Assembly (NCBI GenBank): GCA_049286905.1
Contig: JBAQEU010000019.1
Location: forward strand, 1-41,323
Length of the DNA stretch: 41,323 bases
Source of the DNA: Minisyncoccia bacterium
Lineage (GTDB): Bacteria > Patescibacteriota > Minisyncoccia > Phycocordibacterales > Phycocordibacteraceae
Direction: 5' to 3'
Position numbers and translations under genes: made by a program. The notes beneath the pieces are model-generated. The model saw only the letters and a list, made by a program, of their open reading frames with translations. It was not told where the DNA came from and ran no database searches. Positions 1-7,140 of this stretch are shown here, piece after piece. Within the stretch, counting starts at the first letter, position 1, and every line of letters starts with the position of its first letter.

Positions 1-99
1 GGCGAAGCCAGCGCGGGGTTTGACTTTATATAAACATAGTTTACTATGATTTTTGGGTGATGGTTCCTGCCCTTAATCAATTGATTTGAGGAGAAACAA

Positions 100-384
100 A
101 TGTGCATGGGTCATAGTCGCATGGGTCCCCATGGGGTCCCGCTGGACGAGGAAACCTTGTCCCAAATGGAAGCGGAAGAACGTGCGTTCTGGGAAAGCTT
201 CCTGTATCGCGTTCAGGTTGTCCTCGACGCGGAAATAGCGAAGGGAGAATCTCAACCCTATGACTTTCCGGAAGAACTCGAAGATGACTTCCATAAGGCG
301 ACTACCGTCTATGCCGGCGATCAGTACTGCCAAATTAATCAGATACGCGAAATTTTCGCCATCGAGTCCGCGGTCCCGACTTGA
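100..384 (+). CDS. hypothetical acidic protein (94 aa)
   Basis: ORF is preceded by GAGGAG (88-93) 6 nt before the ATG and followed by a rho-independent terminator at 410-440. No family recognised. Confidence 0.5.
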   Translation: MCMGHSRMGPHGVPLDEETLSQMEAEERAFWESFLYRVQVVLDAEIAKGESQPYDFPEELEDDFHKATTVYAGDQYCQINQIREIFAIESAVPT

Positions 385-409
385 TATCGCCGCCTGATAT
401 TCGAAATAC

Positions 410-440
410 CCGCCCCTACCCATGGGGCGGTTTTGTTTTT
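410..440 (+). terminator. rho-independent terminator
   Basis: CCGCCCC (410-416) / GGGGCGG (424-430) stem followed by a T-run at 431-440. Confidence 0.75.
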
Positions 441-479
441 GCTCTTACCCCAATTCAAGAGGAATGCTAGAGTAACTAT

Positions 480-1049
480 ATGCAAACAGAGCCACGAACG
501 ATATTTTTCATAGGGAAGCCCGGATGCGGGAAGGGGACTCAGGCGAAGCTCCTCGCACAGACCACCGGCTGGCAGGTCATGTCGGCGGGGAATCAGTTCC
601 GTGCTATCGCGACCGAGGATACTCCGGTTGGGCACAAGATTAAGTCGACCATAGACGGCGGCGATCTCGCTCCGCACTGGTTCGCGATGTACCTCTACTT
701 GAAAGCACTTTTCGGCGTGAACGAGACCACGAGCGTCATCTTCGACGGGTTCAACCGTAAGGTGCCCGAAGCTGAGCTCGCTATCGACTCGCTCAAATGG
801 CTCGGACGTAATTTCACTGTCTTGAATATCAACGTGTCTGACGAGGAGGTCGAGAAGCGCCTCGCGCTCCGCAAAGAAGCCGAAGGTCGTGTCGACGATA
901 ACGTTGTTGAGGAACGATTGAAGGAGTACCACGAGCACACCGATCCGGCTATCGAGCTATTCCGCAAGGCTGGCGAACTTATCGACATAGACGGCGAGCG
1001 GACGGTGGAAGAGATTGCCGCTGACATCCGAGCAAAGCTCGGCGTGTAA
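480..1049 (+). CDS. adk: adenylate kinase
   Basis: P-loop GKPGCGKGTQA near the N-terminus. Length and overall pattern are typical of Adk. It sits immediately upstream of map, as in many bacteria. Confidence 0.94.
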   Translation: MQTEPRTIFFIGKPGCGKGTQAKLLAQTTGWQVMSAGNQFRAIATEDTPVGHKIKSTIDGGDLAPHWFAMYLYLKALFGVNETTSVIFDGFNRKVPEAELAIDSLKWLGRNFTVLNINVSDEEVEKRLALRKEAEGRVDDNVVEERLKEYHEHTDPAIELFRKAGELIDIDGERTVEEIAADIRAKLGV

Positions 1050-1050
1050 T

Positions 1051-1821
1051 ATGACCATTACGAACGATACTGAGCGAGAGAACCTTATTGAAGGTGGGCG
1101 GCGGCTCGCCGCAGTGCTTGAGGCGCTTCGCGCAAAGGTTGCGCCCGGTGTCGCTACGGATGTGCTCGACGACCTCGCAGAGCAGATGATACGCGACGGC
1201 GGGGACGAGCCGTGCTTCCTCGGGTACACACCCGAAGGCGCTCACCGCCCTTACCCGGCGACGCTCTGCGTCTCGATAAACGACGAGGTGGTGCACGGCA
1301 TCCCGAATGAGACCGTGAAGGTGTTGAAGGAGGGCGACATCGTCGGGCTCGACCTCGGCCTTCGGCACGGCGGTATCATCGTGGATGCGGCTATCACCGT
1401 GCCGGTGGGTAAGGTAAACGACGAGACGAAGAAACTTCTGTACGCGACTGAGGCCGCGCTTGCCGCAGGCATAGCGGCCGCATCGCCCGGGAATCACGTG
1501 GGCGACATCGGAGCGGCGATACAGAAAGAGATCGAGGACGCCGGTTTTACAGTTGTGAAAGAGCTCGGCGGACATGGTGTGGGCGACCTGGTGCATGAAG
1601 AGCCGTTCATCCCGAACTTCGGCCGCCCGGGTCGCGGAGCGCTCCTCGAGGAGGGTATGGTGCTCGCACTTGAACCCATCTCAAGCGCCGGGAAAGCCGC
1701 GGTCATGATTGCTCCAGACGGGTACACCTTCCGCACGAAGGACGGTTCTCGTTCGGCACACTTCGAGCACACTATCTTGATAGAAAAGACCGGAGCGCGT
1801 ATTATTACCAGTATCAGCTAA
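1051..1821 (+). CDS. map: type I methionine aminopeptidase
   Basis: MetAP motifs are present (DIVGLDLG, HGVG, LEP, FEHT). I chose the ATG at 1051, right after the adk stop, rather than the track start at 1015, which overlaps adk. Confidence 0.92.
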   Translation: MTITNDTERENLIEGGRRLAAVLEALRAKVAPGVATDVLDDLAEQMIRDGGDEPCFLGYTPEGAHRPYPATLCVSINDEVVHGIPNETVKVLKEGDIVGLDLGLRHGGIIVDAAITVPVGKVNDETKKLLYATEAALAAGIAAASPGNHVGDIGAAIQKEIEDAGFTVVKELGGHGVGDLVHEEPFIPNFGRPGRGALLEEGMVLALEPISSAGKAAVMIAPDGYTFRTKDGSRSAHFEHTILIEKTGARIITSIS

Positions 1822-1852
1822 CAACCTGCTAGAAGCAGGATTTTTTAAACTT

Positions 1853-2458
1853 ATGGCACTACATCCTAAAACCGAAAGAACGCTCGTCATCGTAAAGCCG
1901 GACGGCATTCAGCGCACGCTCATTGGCGAAATCATCAAGCGGTATGAACGCACGGGATTGAAGCTCGTCGCGCTTAAGATGCTCGTCCCGACCGAGAAAA
2001 TGGTGGAGGAACACTACCTCCTCGATCCGAGCTGGAAGAAGAATGTCGGCGAGAAAGCTATTGCGAGCTACCTCAAGAAAGGGGAGACTCCGCCCTCGAC
2101 TGACCCGATAGAAGTTGCGGACAGCGTCGTGGTGAGCCTGAAGAAGTACATGACGAGCGGGCCAGTCATTGCGATGATTTGGGAAGGCGGTCATGCCGTC
2201 GAGCTCGTGCGCAAGATTACGGGCGGTACGGAGCCACGAAGCGCAGGTGTCGGCACGATTCGCGGTGATTTCGTGCTCGACTCCTACCAGATGGCAGATA
2301 CAGACACTCGTGCGATTCGCAACCTCATTCACGCGTCCGGTACGGTGCCCGAAGCCGAGATGGAGATTCCGCACTGGTTCAAGGATGAAGAGATTATCAA
2401 GTATCGTACAGTGCACGAGGCAACGCTCTACGATGTCGACGTAAAAACAATTCTCTAA
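1853..2458 (+). CDS. ndk: nucleoside-diphosphate kinase, long form (201 aa)
   Basis: Starts ERTLVIVKPDG, has YMTSGPV and a catalytic-His context NLIHAS. It contains extra segments relative to the ~140-aa canonical Ndk. Confidence 0.88.
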   Translation: MALHPKTERTLVIVKPDGIQRTLIGEIIKRYERTGLKLVALKMLVPTEKMVEEHYLLDPSWKKNVGEKAIASYLKKGETPPSTDPIEVADSVVVSLKKYMTSGPVIAMIWEGGHAVELVRKITGGTEPRSAGVGTIRGDFVLDSYQMADTDTRAIRNLIHASGTVPEAEMEIPHWFKDEEIIKYRTVHEATLYDVDVKTIL

Positions 2459-2468
2459 CACATCCTGA

Positions 2469-2494
2469 AAAGCCCCGCGATACGCGGGGCTTCG
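2469..2494 (+). terminator. hairpin terminator after ndk
   Basis: GCCCCGCG (2472-2479) / CGCGGGGC (2483-2490), with A-run before and T-rich after. Confidence 0.65.
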
Positions 2495-2516
2495 ATTCAG
2501 CAGAATCGCCTACTGG
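2493..2516. repeat. 24-nt element CGATTC-AGCA-GAATCG-CCTACTGG (copy A)
   Basis: Its reverse complement matches 38139-38162 with 1 mismatch, which lies in the 4-nt palindrome spacer. Confidence 0.85.
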
Positions 2517-2557
2517 GTGTAGTTTTCCACAGGCCACCTTTCAGGAGCGTGTATACT

Positions 2558-2738
2558 AGAAGATGGAGCTGTTCACTGAATCAACTTGCTACATTCCCGG
2601 GAGTTCGGCATTCAGACATGCTTGGCGATCCATCAGCTGACGGACCCGATAGCTGTCATTGCTTTTCCCACTTGGCACATAAAGTTGCCAACAGAGGACA
2701 GCCCACGAAAAACCCCGTCTCAAAGAGACGGGGTTTTT
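2558..2738 (+). ncRNA. candidate small RNA or micropeptide transcript (speculative)
   Basis: TATACT at 2552-2557 and a strong intrinsic terminator at 2708-2738 bracket about 180 nt containing several local hairpins. No known RNA family motif recognised. Confidence 0.25.
2708..2738 (+). terminator. rho-independent terminator
   Basis: CCCCGTCTC (2713-2721) / GAGACGGGG (2725-2733) followed by TTTTT. Confidence 0.8.
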
Positions 2739-2761
2739 CGTGCTCGTGCTAAAGTATTCGC

Positions 2762-4153
2762 ATGTCAATGAAATTGAGTTTCTATGGTGGCGCCGGAAAA
2801 GTGACCGGTTCAAATTTTTTAGTGGAGGGTGCACGCGGGAAAGTAATCGTGGATTGCGGCATTGAGCAGGGAGCCGATGTCGTCCAGGCAGACGTGTACG
2901 GGCCATTTCCGTATAACCCAGCGACGGTTGATGCGATGGTGCTGACCCACGCGCATCTCGACCATGTGGGGCGCATCCCCAAGCTCGTGAAGGACGGATT
3001 TCGCGGAAAGATATACATGACCCCGCCCACCAAAGATCTCGCTATGCTCATCATGCAGGACTCGGTCGGCATCCTCGGTCAGGAGGCGGCTCGCCAGGGT
3101 ATCGGTGCGCTCTACGAGCAACAAGACGTCGACCTGGCATTCACGCTCATCGAGGCGCTCGACTATCACACCGAGAAAGAGGTCGCGCCCGGGCTCTCCG
3201 CCTATTTGCGCAACACCGGCCACATTCTCGGCTCGGCGAGTGTGCGCATCACTGACGAAGAGGGCACGACGCTCGTGCTCACCGGGGACATCGGCGGGTC
3301 GCCCTCGCCGCTCCTCCCAGACTGGGAGCCAGTGCCCGACGCTGACGCGATAGTTATGGAGAGTGTGTACGGCGATCGCTTGCACCCGCCGCACACTGAG
3401 CGCGTCTCGAAGCTCCGCGATACACTCAAGACCGCGATACAACGAGGCGGTGCTATCCTCATACCCGCGTTCTCGCTTGAGCGCACCCAGCTCATGCTCT
3501 ATGAGCTCTCAAACTTCTTTGCCGAGAAGTCTCTTCCAGAGGTGCCGGTCTATCTCGACTCGCCGCTCGCGATACACGTGACCGCAGTCTACGAGAAGTG
3601 GGGGGCTACCTACTTCAAACCAGAGGCAGAAGCAGAGATGAAGCGCGAGAAAAGCCTGTTCGAATTCCCGTTTTTGAAGCAGACGCTCTCCCGCGATCAA
3701 TCTTCAGAAATAGAGGCGATACCGAACCCGAAAATAATCATCGCCGGGGCAGGGATGAGCCACGGGGGGCGCATAGGCGGCTGGGAGACCCGCTACCTGC
3801 CCGACCCAGCTACGACGCTCATCATGGTCGGGTATCAGGCTCCTGGGACTCCCGGGCGGCGCATGATGGAGGGCGCAAAATCAGTCCGTATCGCGGGGAA
3901 CGAAGTAAAGATTAAAGCGAAAGTAGAAAACCTTGAGGGTTGGTCAGCCCACGCCGACCGCGATGAACTGATGAAATACGCCGAAGCCGCGCTCGCAGAG
4001 AAGCGCCCGAAGGCTATCTTTACTGCTCTTGGCGAGCCGTCCGCCGAACGGTTCCTCGCACAGCGCATTCACGACTATCTCGGCGGTAACGCCATCGTTC
4101 CCGAGTATGGCGAGACGTGGGAGATTACCAAAACTTCAGTAAAGAGAATTTAA
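2762..4153 (+). CDS. MBL-fold beta-CASP hydrolase (CPSF/YSH1-like RNA-processing nuclease)
   Basis: HAHLDHVGRIP (HxHxDH) motif, a beta-CASP-like middle region, and a C-terminal SAHADRDEL motif. Confidence 0.88.
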   Translation: MSMKLSFYGGAGKVTGSNFLVEGARGKVIVDCGIEQGADVVQADVYGPFPYNPATVDAMVLTHAHLDHVGRIPKLVKDGFRGKIYMTPPTKDLAMLIMQDSVGILGQEAARQGIGALYEQQDVDLAFTLIEALDYHTEKEVAPGLSAYLRNTGHILGSASVRITDEEGTTLVLTGDIGGSPSPLLPDWEPVPDADAIVMESVYGDRLHPPHTERVSKLRDTLKTAIQRGGAILIPAFSLERTQLMLYELSNFFAEKSLPEVPVYLDSPLAIHVTAVYEKWGATYFKPEAEAEMKREKSLFEFPFLKQTLSRDQSSEIEAIPNPKIIIAGAGMSHGGRIGGWETRYLPDPATTLIMVGYQAPGTPGRRMMEGAKSVRIAGNEVKIKAKVENLEGWSAHADRDELMKYAEAALAEKRPKAIFTALGEPSAERFLAQRIHDYLGGNAIVPEYGETWEITKTSVKRI

Positions 4154-4155
4154 CT

Positions 4156-4488
4156 ATGAAAAAGACCGCAGAGATTTTCCTAAACGCGATTCCGATTCTA
4201 GTAATGATTGGTCTGATTCCGTTTGTACAAGACGATTACCTGCTCGCAGGTTTGTATATTGGCATCATCGGTGTTTCGCTCGTCATTAAATATGCGAAGC
4301 ATGACGCTCTGATTCTTCTCTTTGGCGCATTCTTCATGGCTGTCTCCGAGTATCTTTTCATCAGCACGGGAGTGGAAACATTCATTCGGAACTCTCTCTT
4401 CGGCCTCATGCCGCTCTGGCTCCCGATTCTCTGGGGCTACGGTTTCGTCGTCATCAAACGTTCGGTCTCGCTCCTGGGGACGATATAA
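4156..4488 (+). CDS. small polytopic membrane protein (110 aa)
   Basis: Several hydrophobic spans. The ATG at 4156 lies 2 nt after the upstream stop. No family recognised. Confidence 0.6.
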   Translation: MKKTAEIFLNAIPILVMIGLIPFVQDDYLLAGLYIGIIGVSLVIKYAKHDALILLFGAFFMAVSEYLFISTGVETFIRNSLFGLMPLWLPILWGYGFVVIKRSVSLLGTI

Positions 4489-4503
4489 CCCCACTAGAAA
4501 ACG

Positions 4504-4534
4504 AAAACCGCCCCATGAGGGGCGGTTTCGTTTC
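4504..4534. terminator. bidirectional terminator between convergent genes
   Basis: CCGCCCC (4508-4514) / GGGGCGG (4519-4525), flanked by an A-run and a T-run. Confidence 0.8.
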
Positions 4535-4547
4535 ATTGTGAAAAGGT

Positions 4548-4895
4548 TTAGACGACTTGCTTGGCGATGCGGGCGAAGATCTCAGGCTTCTCAGAAGCGA
4601 ATTCAGCGAGGACCTTGCGGTCGAGCTCGAAGCCGGTCTTCTTGAGCTTGTCGATGAACGAGCTGTACGACTTGTGGCCGTTCTCGCGAACTGCGGCGTT
4701 CAGGCGGACGATCCAGAGCTGGCGGAACGCGGTCTTCTTGTCGCGTCGGTGAGCGAACGCGTAGCGGCCGGCGCGCATGAGCGCTTCATGAGCGAAGTTG
4801 AGCTTCTTGGAACGGATGCCGCGGTAGCCCTTGGCTCGTTCGAGAATATTTCGGCGGCGCTTCAGCGCCATCATTCCTCCTTTGATTCTTGCCAT
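4548..4895 (-). CDS. rplT: 50S ribosomal protein L20
   Basis: MARIKGG...RRRNILERAKGYRG is a typical L20 sequence. Lies in the infC-rpmI-rplT order. Confidence 0.97.
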   Translation of the reverse strand: MARIKGGMMALKRRRNILERAKGYRGIRSKKLNFAHEALMRAGRYAFAHRRDKKTAFRQLWIVRLNAAVRENGHKSYSSFIDKLKKTGFELDRKVLAEFASEKPEIFARIAKQVV

Positions 4896-4914
4896 ACGAA
4901 AAGTATTAAGTTAA

Positions 4915-5100
4915 TTACATCCCCGGAAGGAAGCGACGCATCACTTTGTTGGTGAGCGAGAGGGTGATAGCGCGGCGCTTGCCGCTACGCTTTGAACCGC
5001 TCTGCTTGGCATTGAAATGGTTCTGGCCTGCCTTGCGTGCAATAAGCTTGCCCGTGCGGGTCACGCGGATTCGTTTCAGATAAGATTTGTTTGTTTTCAT
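4915..5100 (-). CDS. rpmI: 50S ribosomal protein L35
   Basis: Basic 61-aa protein, MKTNKS..KRIRVT.TGK. Its start overlaps the infC stop by 4 nt. Confidence 0.95.
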   Translation of the reverse strand: MKTNKSYLKRIRVTRTGKLIARKAGQNHFNAKQSGSKRSGKRRAITLSLTNKVMRRFLPGM

Positions 5101-5654
5101 TTTGTGGTTGGGGCTTCTTTTTCGCGTTTCGCTTGGGCTATGAGGTCTCGCTCAATGACTCCTGCAAACCCTTTCGGGCTGCGGGTAATCGGCTCGGCGA
5201 CCTTGTAGGCGTAGGGGATACGGGCGAGGAACTTCTCGAGGCGTACCTTGAGGAATTCTTCGCTCATACCCTTGTAGCGGCCTTTCAGGAAGAGCTCGGC
5301 GCGTACTCGGTGGCCTTCGGCGAGCCACTCGGCTGCCTTTTTGGCCTTCAGCGCCATGTCGTTGTCTCCGGTGCCCACTTTTATCTGGACTTCCTTCGTT
5401 TCGGACACCTTTACCTTGGCTTTTGCTACCTTTTCCTTCTTGCTTCGCTCGTACTCAAACTTACCATAATCCATAATCTTCGCAACGGGCGGGACCGCCG
5501 AGGGCGAAATCTCGATAAGATCCTTCCCGACGGCCTTTGCGGCCGCGAGAGCGGCTTCGAGTGTGAGTACTCCCAGGTTTTCGCCTTCTACACCAAGCAC
5601 ACGCAGCTCAGGCGCGTGTATCTCGTTATTGATGCGAATTCGGTCGGTAGCCAC
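5097..5654 (-). CDS. infC: translation initiation factor IF-3
   Basis: The IF-3 N and C domains are recognisable (INNEIHAPELRVLG..., KVKVSETKEVQIKV...). The homologous region starts well inside the 211-aa ORF. I place the start at the in-frame GTG at 5654, but an ATT two to six codons upstream is an alternative. Confidence 0.88.
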   Translation of the reverse strand: MATDRIRINNEIHAPELRVLGVEGENLGVLTLEAALAAAKAVGKDLIEISPSAVPPVAKIMDYGKFEYERSKKEKVAKAKVKVSETKEVQIKVGTGDNDMALKAKKAAEWLAEGHRVRAELFLKGRYKGMSEEFLKVRLEKFLARIPYAYKVAEPITRSPKGFAGVIERDLIAQAKREKEAPTTK

Positions 5655-5700
5655 TGGAAGTACTGGGATAATAGCATAAAAAGGGCATAGTGCGCAAGGG

Positions 5701-5755
5701 AAAAGAAAACCGCCGCACCGGGGAAGCGCCAAGGGGCGGCTTCCTGGTGCGGCGG
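5701..5755 (-). terminator. long hairpin terminator upstream of the infC promoter
   Basis: CCGCCGCACC (5710-5719) pairs with GGTGCGGCGG (5746-5755). On the minus strand it is followed by TTTTCTTTT. Confidence 0.7.
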
Positions 5756-5768
5756 GTGATTGGCGACA

Positions 5769-6137
5769 TTATGGCCTTTTGATTGCCAACAGCCAATCTT
5801 TGATGTCGGGAATCGGTTTGTTTCCATCGCCGCTGGCTGGGACGTACGTCATGCACAAGCCTGCGGGATGCAGGAGTGCTGAAAGCAATAAATCAATGCC
5901 GTAACGCGTATGTCCCATGCCTTGATTCACTTGGAGTTTGCCAACCACCAGCTCGCTAAGCTCGGCCACTCGTGCCTCTTCTTCTTTCGAGAAGACCAAG
6001 CATGTCGAGTCGCCGCGGCCGATATCTGCGGCGTTGGACACAATCTGCGCAAGGAGCGACGCTTCGGAAAATGGCTGCAGAGCGTCACAGTCTTTAAAGC
6101 TCTGGTATTTCCCCCCGACCAACTGAAAGATTTTCAT
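5769..6137 (-). CDS. hypothetical protein (122 aa), possibly a Rossmann-like SLOG/DUF2493-type fold
   Basis: GAGGAG lies 6 nt upstream of the ATG. The MKIFQLVGG start and the G-x4-G-x-D-L ... P ... DW pattern loosely resemble SLOG-family proteins. This is weak recognition by eye only. Confidence 0.5.
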   Translation of the reverse strand: MKIFQLVGGKYQSFKDCDALQPFSEASLLAQIVSNAADIGRGDSTCLVFSKEEEARVAELSELVVGKLQVNQGMGHTRYGIDLLLSALLHPAGLCMTYVPASGDGNKPIPDIKDWLLAIKRP

Positions 6138-6208
6138 GACTTCTCCTCATGTAGTGTTGCCAGAACGGAATTGTTCTGACAGGAAATTAACACGAAGTGT
6201 CGTATGCG

Positions 6209-7120
6209 TCAATTCGAGAGCTGACTCGGATCAGAGAGAATGATTTCGGCTTTGCCCTGGTACGAGGCGATTTTGCCGGTGAGGGTGATGGTGGTGCCGG
6301 AATAACGAGAGAGGTCGCCGAACTTCTTTGCGTCGTCGGCGAAGATGACGCCTGAGAAGGGGCAGGTCTTGTAGTTGGCGCAGAAGTCGAGGAAGACGGT
6401 GCCAGTGGCGGAGGTGTGCGCTTTCACGAGCATCCCGCGCACGGAGGCTACTTGGCCTACGTGCTTCATGGCGTCGGTGTAGGGAATCGTGCCGATAGAA
6501 ACAGGCGCGGCCGCTCCCGCGGCCGCGTTGCCTTTGTAGGCTTCGAAGAGTTTCTTCAGGATGGTTTCATAGGTCTGCCGGAGTCCCGGATCAGTGCCTA
6601 TCTCGAGTATCTCGTCGTTAATGGTCGTTGCAGAACGGGTCCAGTTGTAACTGCCGAAGGCATACGCCTGTTCAGTCACGAGCAGTTTGATATGCATGAT
6701 GCCGTTCCCGCTCGCATGCCGCTCTTTCACGAGAGGAATGCCGGCGGCACGGAGCTTCTCGGTGATGGGCGCGCCGTAGCTGTTGCTACTCTGCTCGGAG
6801 TCCATAATTCCTCGCACGTCGACGCCGCGTTTCTTTGCTTCGACAAGGGCATCGGCAATGGAGGGGAGGGTGAAGGTGTAAATCGCGAAGTAGATGTGGT
6901 CCTCTGTTTCGTTGATAAGCGAGATAATCTCCTGATCGTTCTGCTTCTGGTCGAGGCTGTATATGACGCGTGTCGATCCGGCTTTTGGGGCGAGCACCGT
7001 TGCCGCGGGGATGCTCACGCTCGTCACCTGTGCTCCGTCACCGCCCGCAGAATACCCGACACTCCCTGCCGCGATAGCAAGCACGGCCGCGACTACCGCG
7101 CGGATGAGTTTCTGATTCAT
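6209..7120 (-). CDS. membrane-anchored or secreted PLD-family (Nuc-like) endonuclease with an extra C-terminal domain
   Basis: N-terminal hydrophobic anchor (LIRAVVAAVLAIAAGS). Single HKD-type motif HIKLLVTE...GSYNWT. About 100 aa of C-terminal extension. I chose the ATG at 7120 rather than the upstream alternative start. Confidence 0.82.
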   Translation of the reverse strand: MNQKLIRAVVAAVLAIAAGSVGYSAGGDGAQVTSVSIPAATVLAPKAGSTRVIYSLDQKQNDQEIISLINETEDHIYFAIYTFTLPSIADALVEAKKRGVDVRGIMDSEQSSNSYGAPITEKLRAAGIPLVKERHASGNGIMHIKLLVTEQAYAFGSYNWTRSATTINDEILEIGTDPGLRQTYETILKKLFEAYKGNAAAGAAAPVSIGTIPYTDAMKHVGQVASVRGMLVKAHTSATGTVFLDFCANYKTCPFSGVIFADDAKKFGDLSRYSGTTITLTGKIASYQGKAEIILSDPSQLSN

Positions 7121-7126
7121 GCGCCT

Positions 7127-7134
7127 AGTATACT
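7127..7134. promoter_or_regulatory. shared palindromic -10 (AGTATACT) for divergent genes
   Basis: Reads TATACT on both strands, each exactly 6 nt from an ATG (7141 on +, 7120 on -). No SD on either side. Confidence 0.55.
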
Positions 7135-7140
7135 GTGTGT

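Noticed and set aside
73-423. 116-aa minus-strand ORF overlapping the 100-384 plus-strand ORF
   Set aside because: It would start inside the terminator hairpin at 410-440 and has no start signals. The plus-strand ORF has a proper SD and a terminator. High-GC sequence generates long antisense ORFs.
2493-2516. The repeat as a DNA uptake sequence (DUS/USS) for the pilus/competence machinery
   Set aside because: Uptake sequences occur about once per kb. I could find only two copies in 41 kb.
2549-2771. Track ORFs of 67 aa and 61 aa in the ndk / beta-CASP intergenic region
   Set aside because: They use non-ATG or poorly placed starts and run through the strong terminator at 2708-2738. Their sequences are Cys/Arg/Ser-rich and implausible. 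The region is treated as a possible sRNA or micropeptide locus instead.
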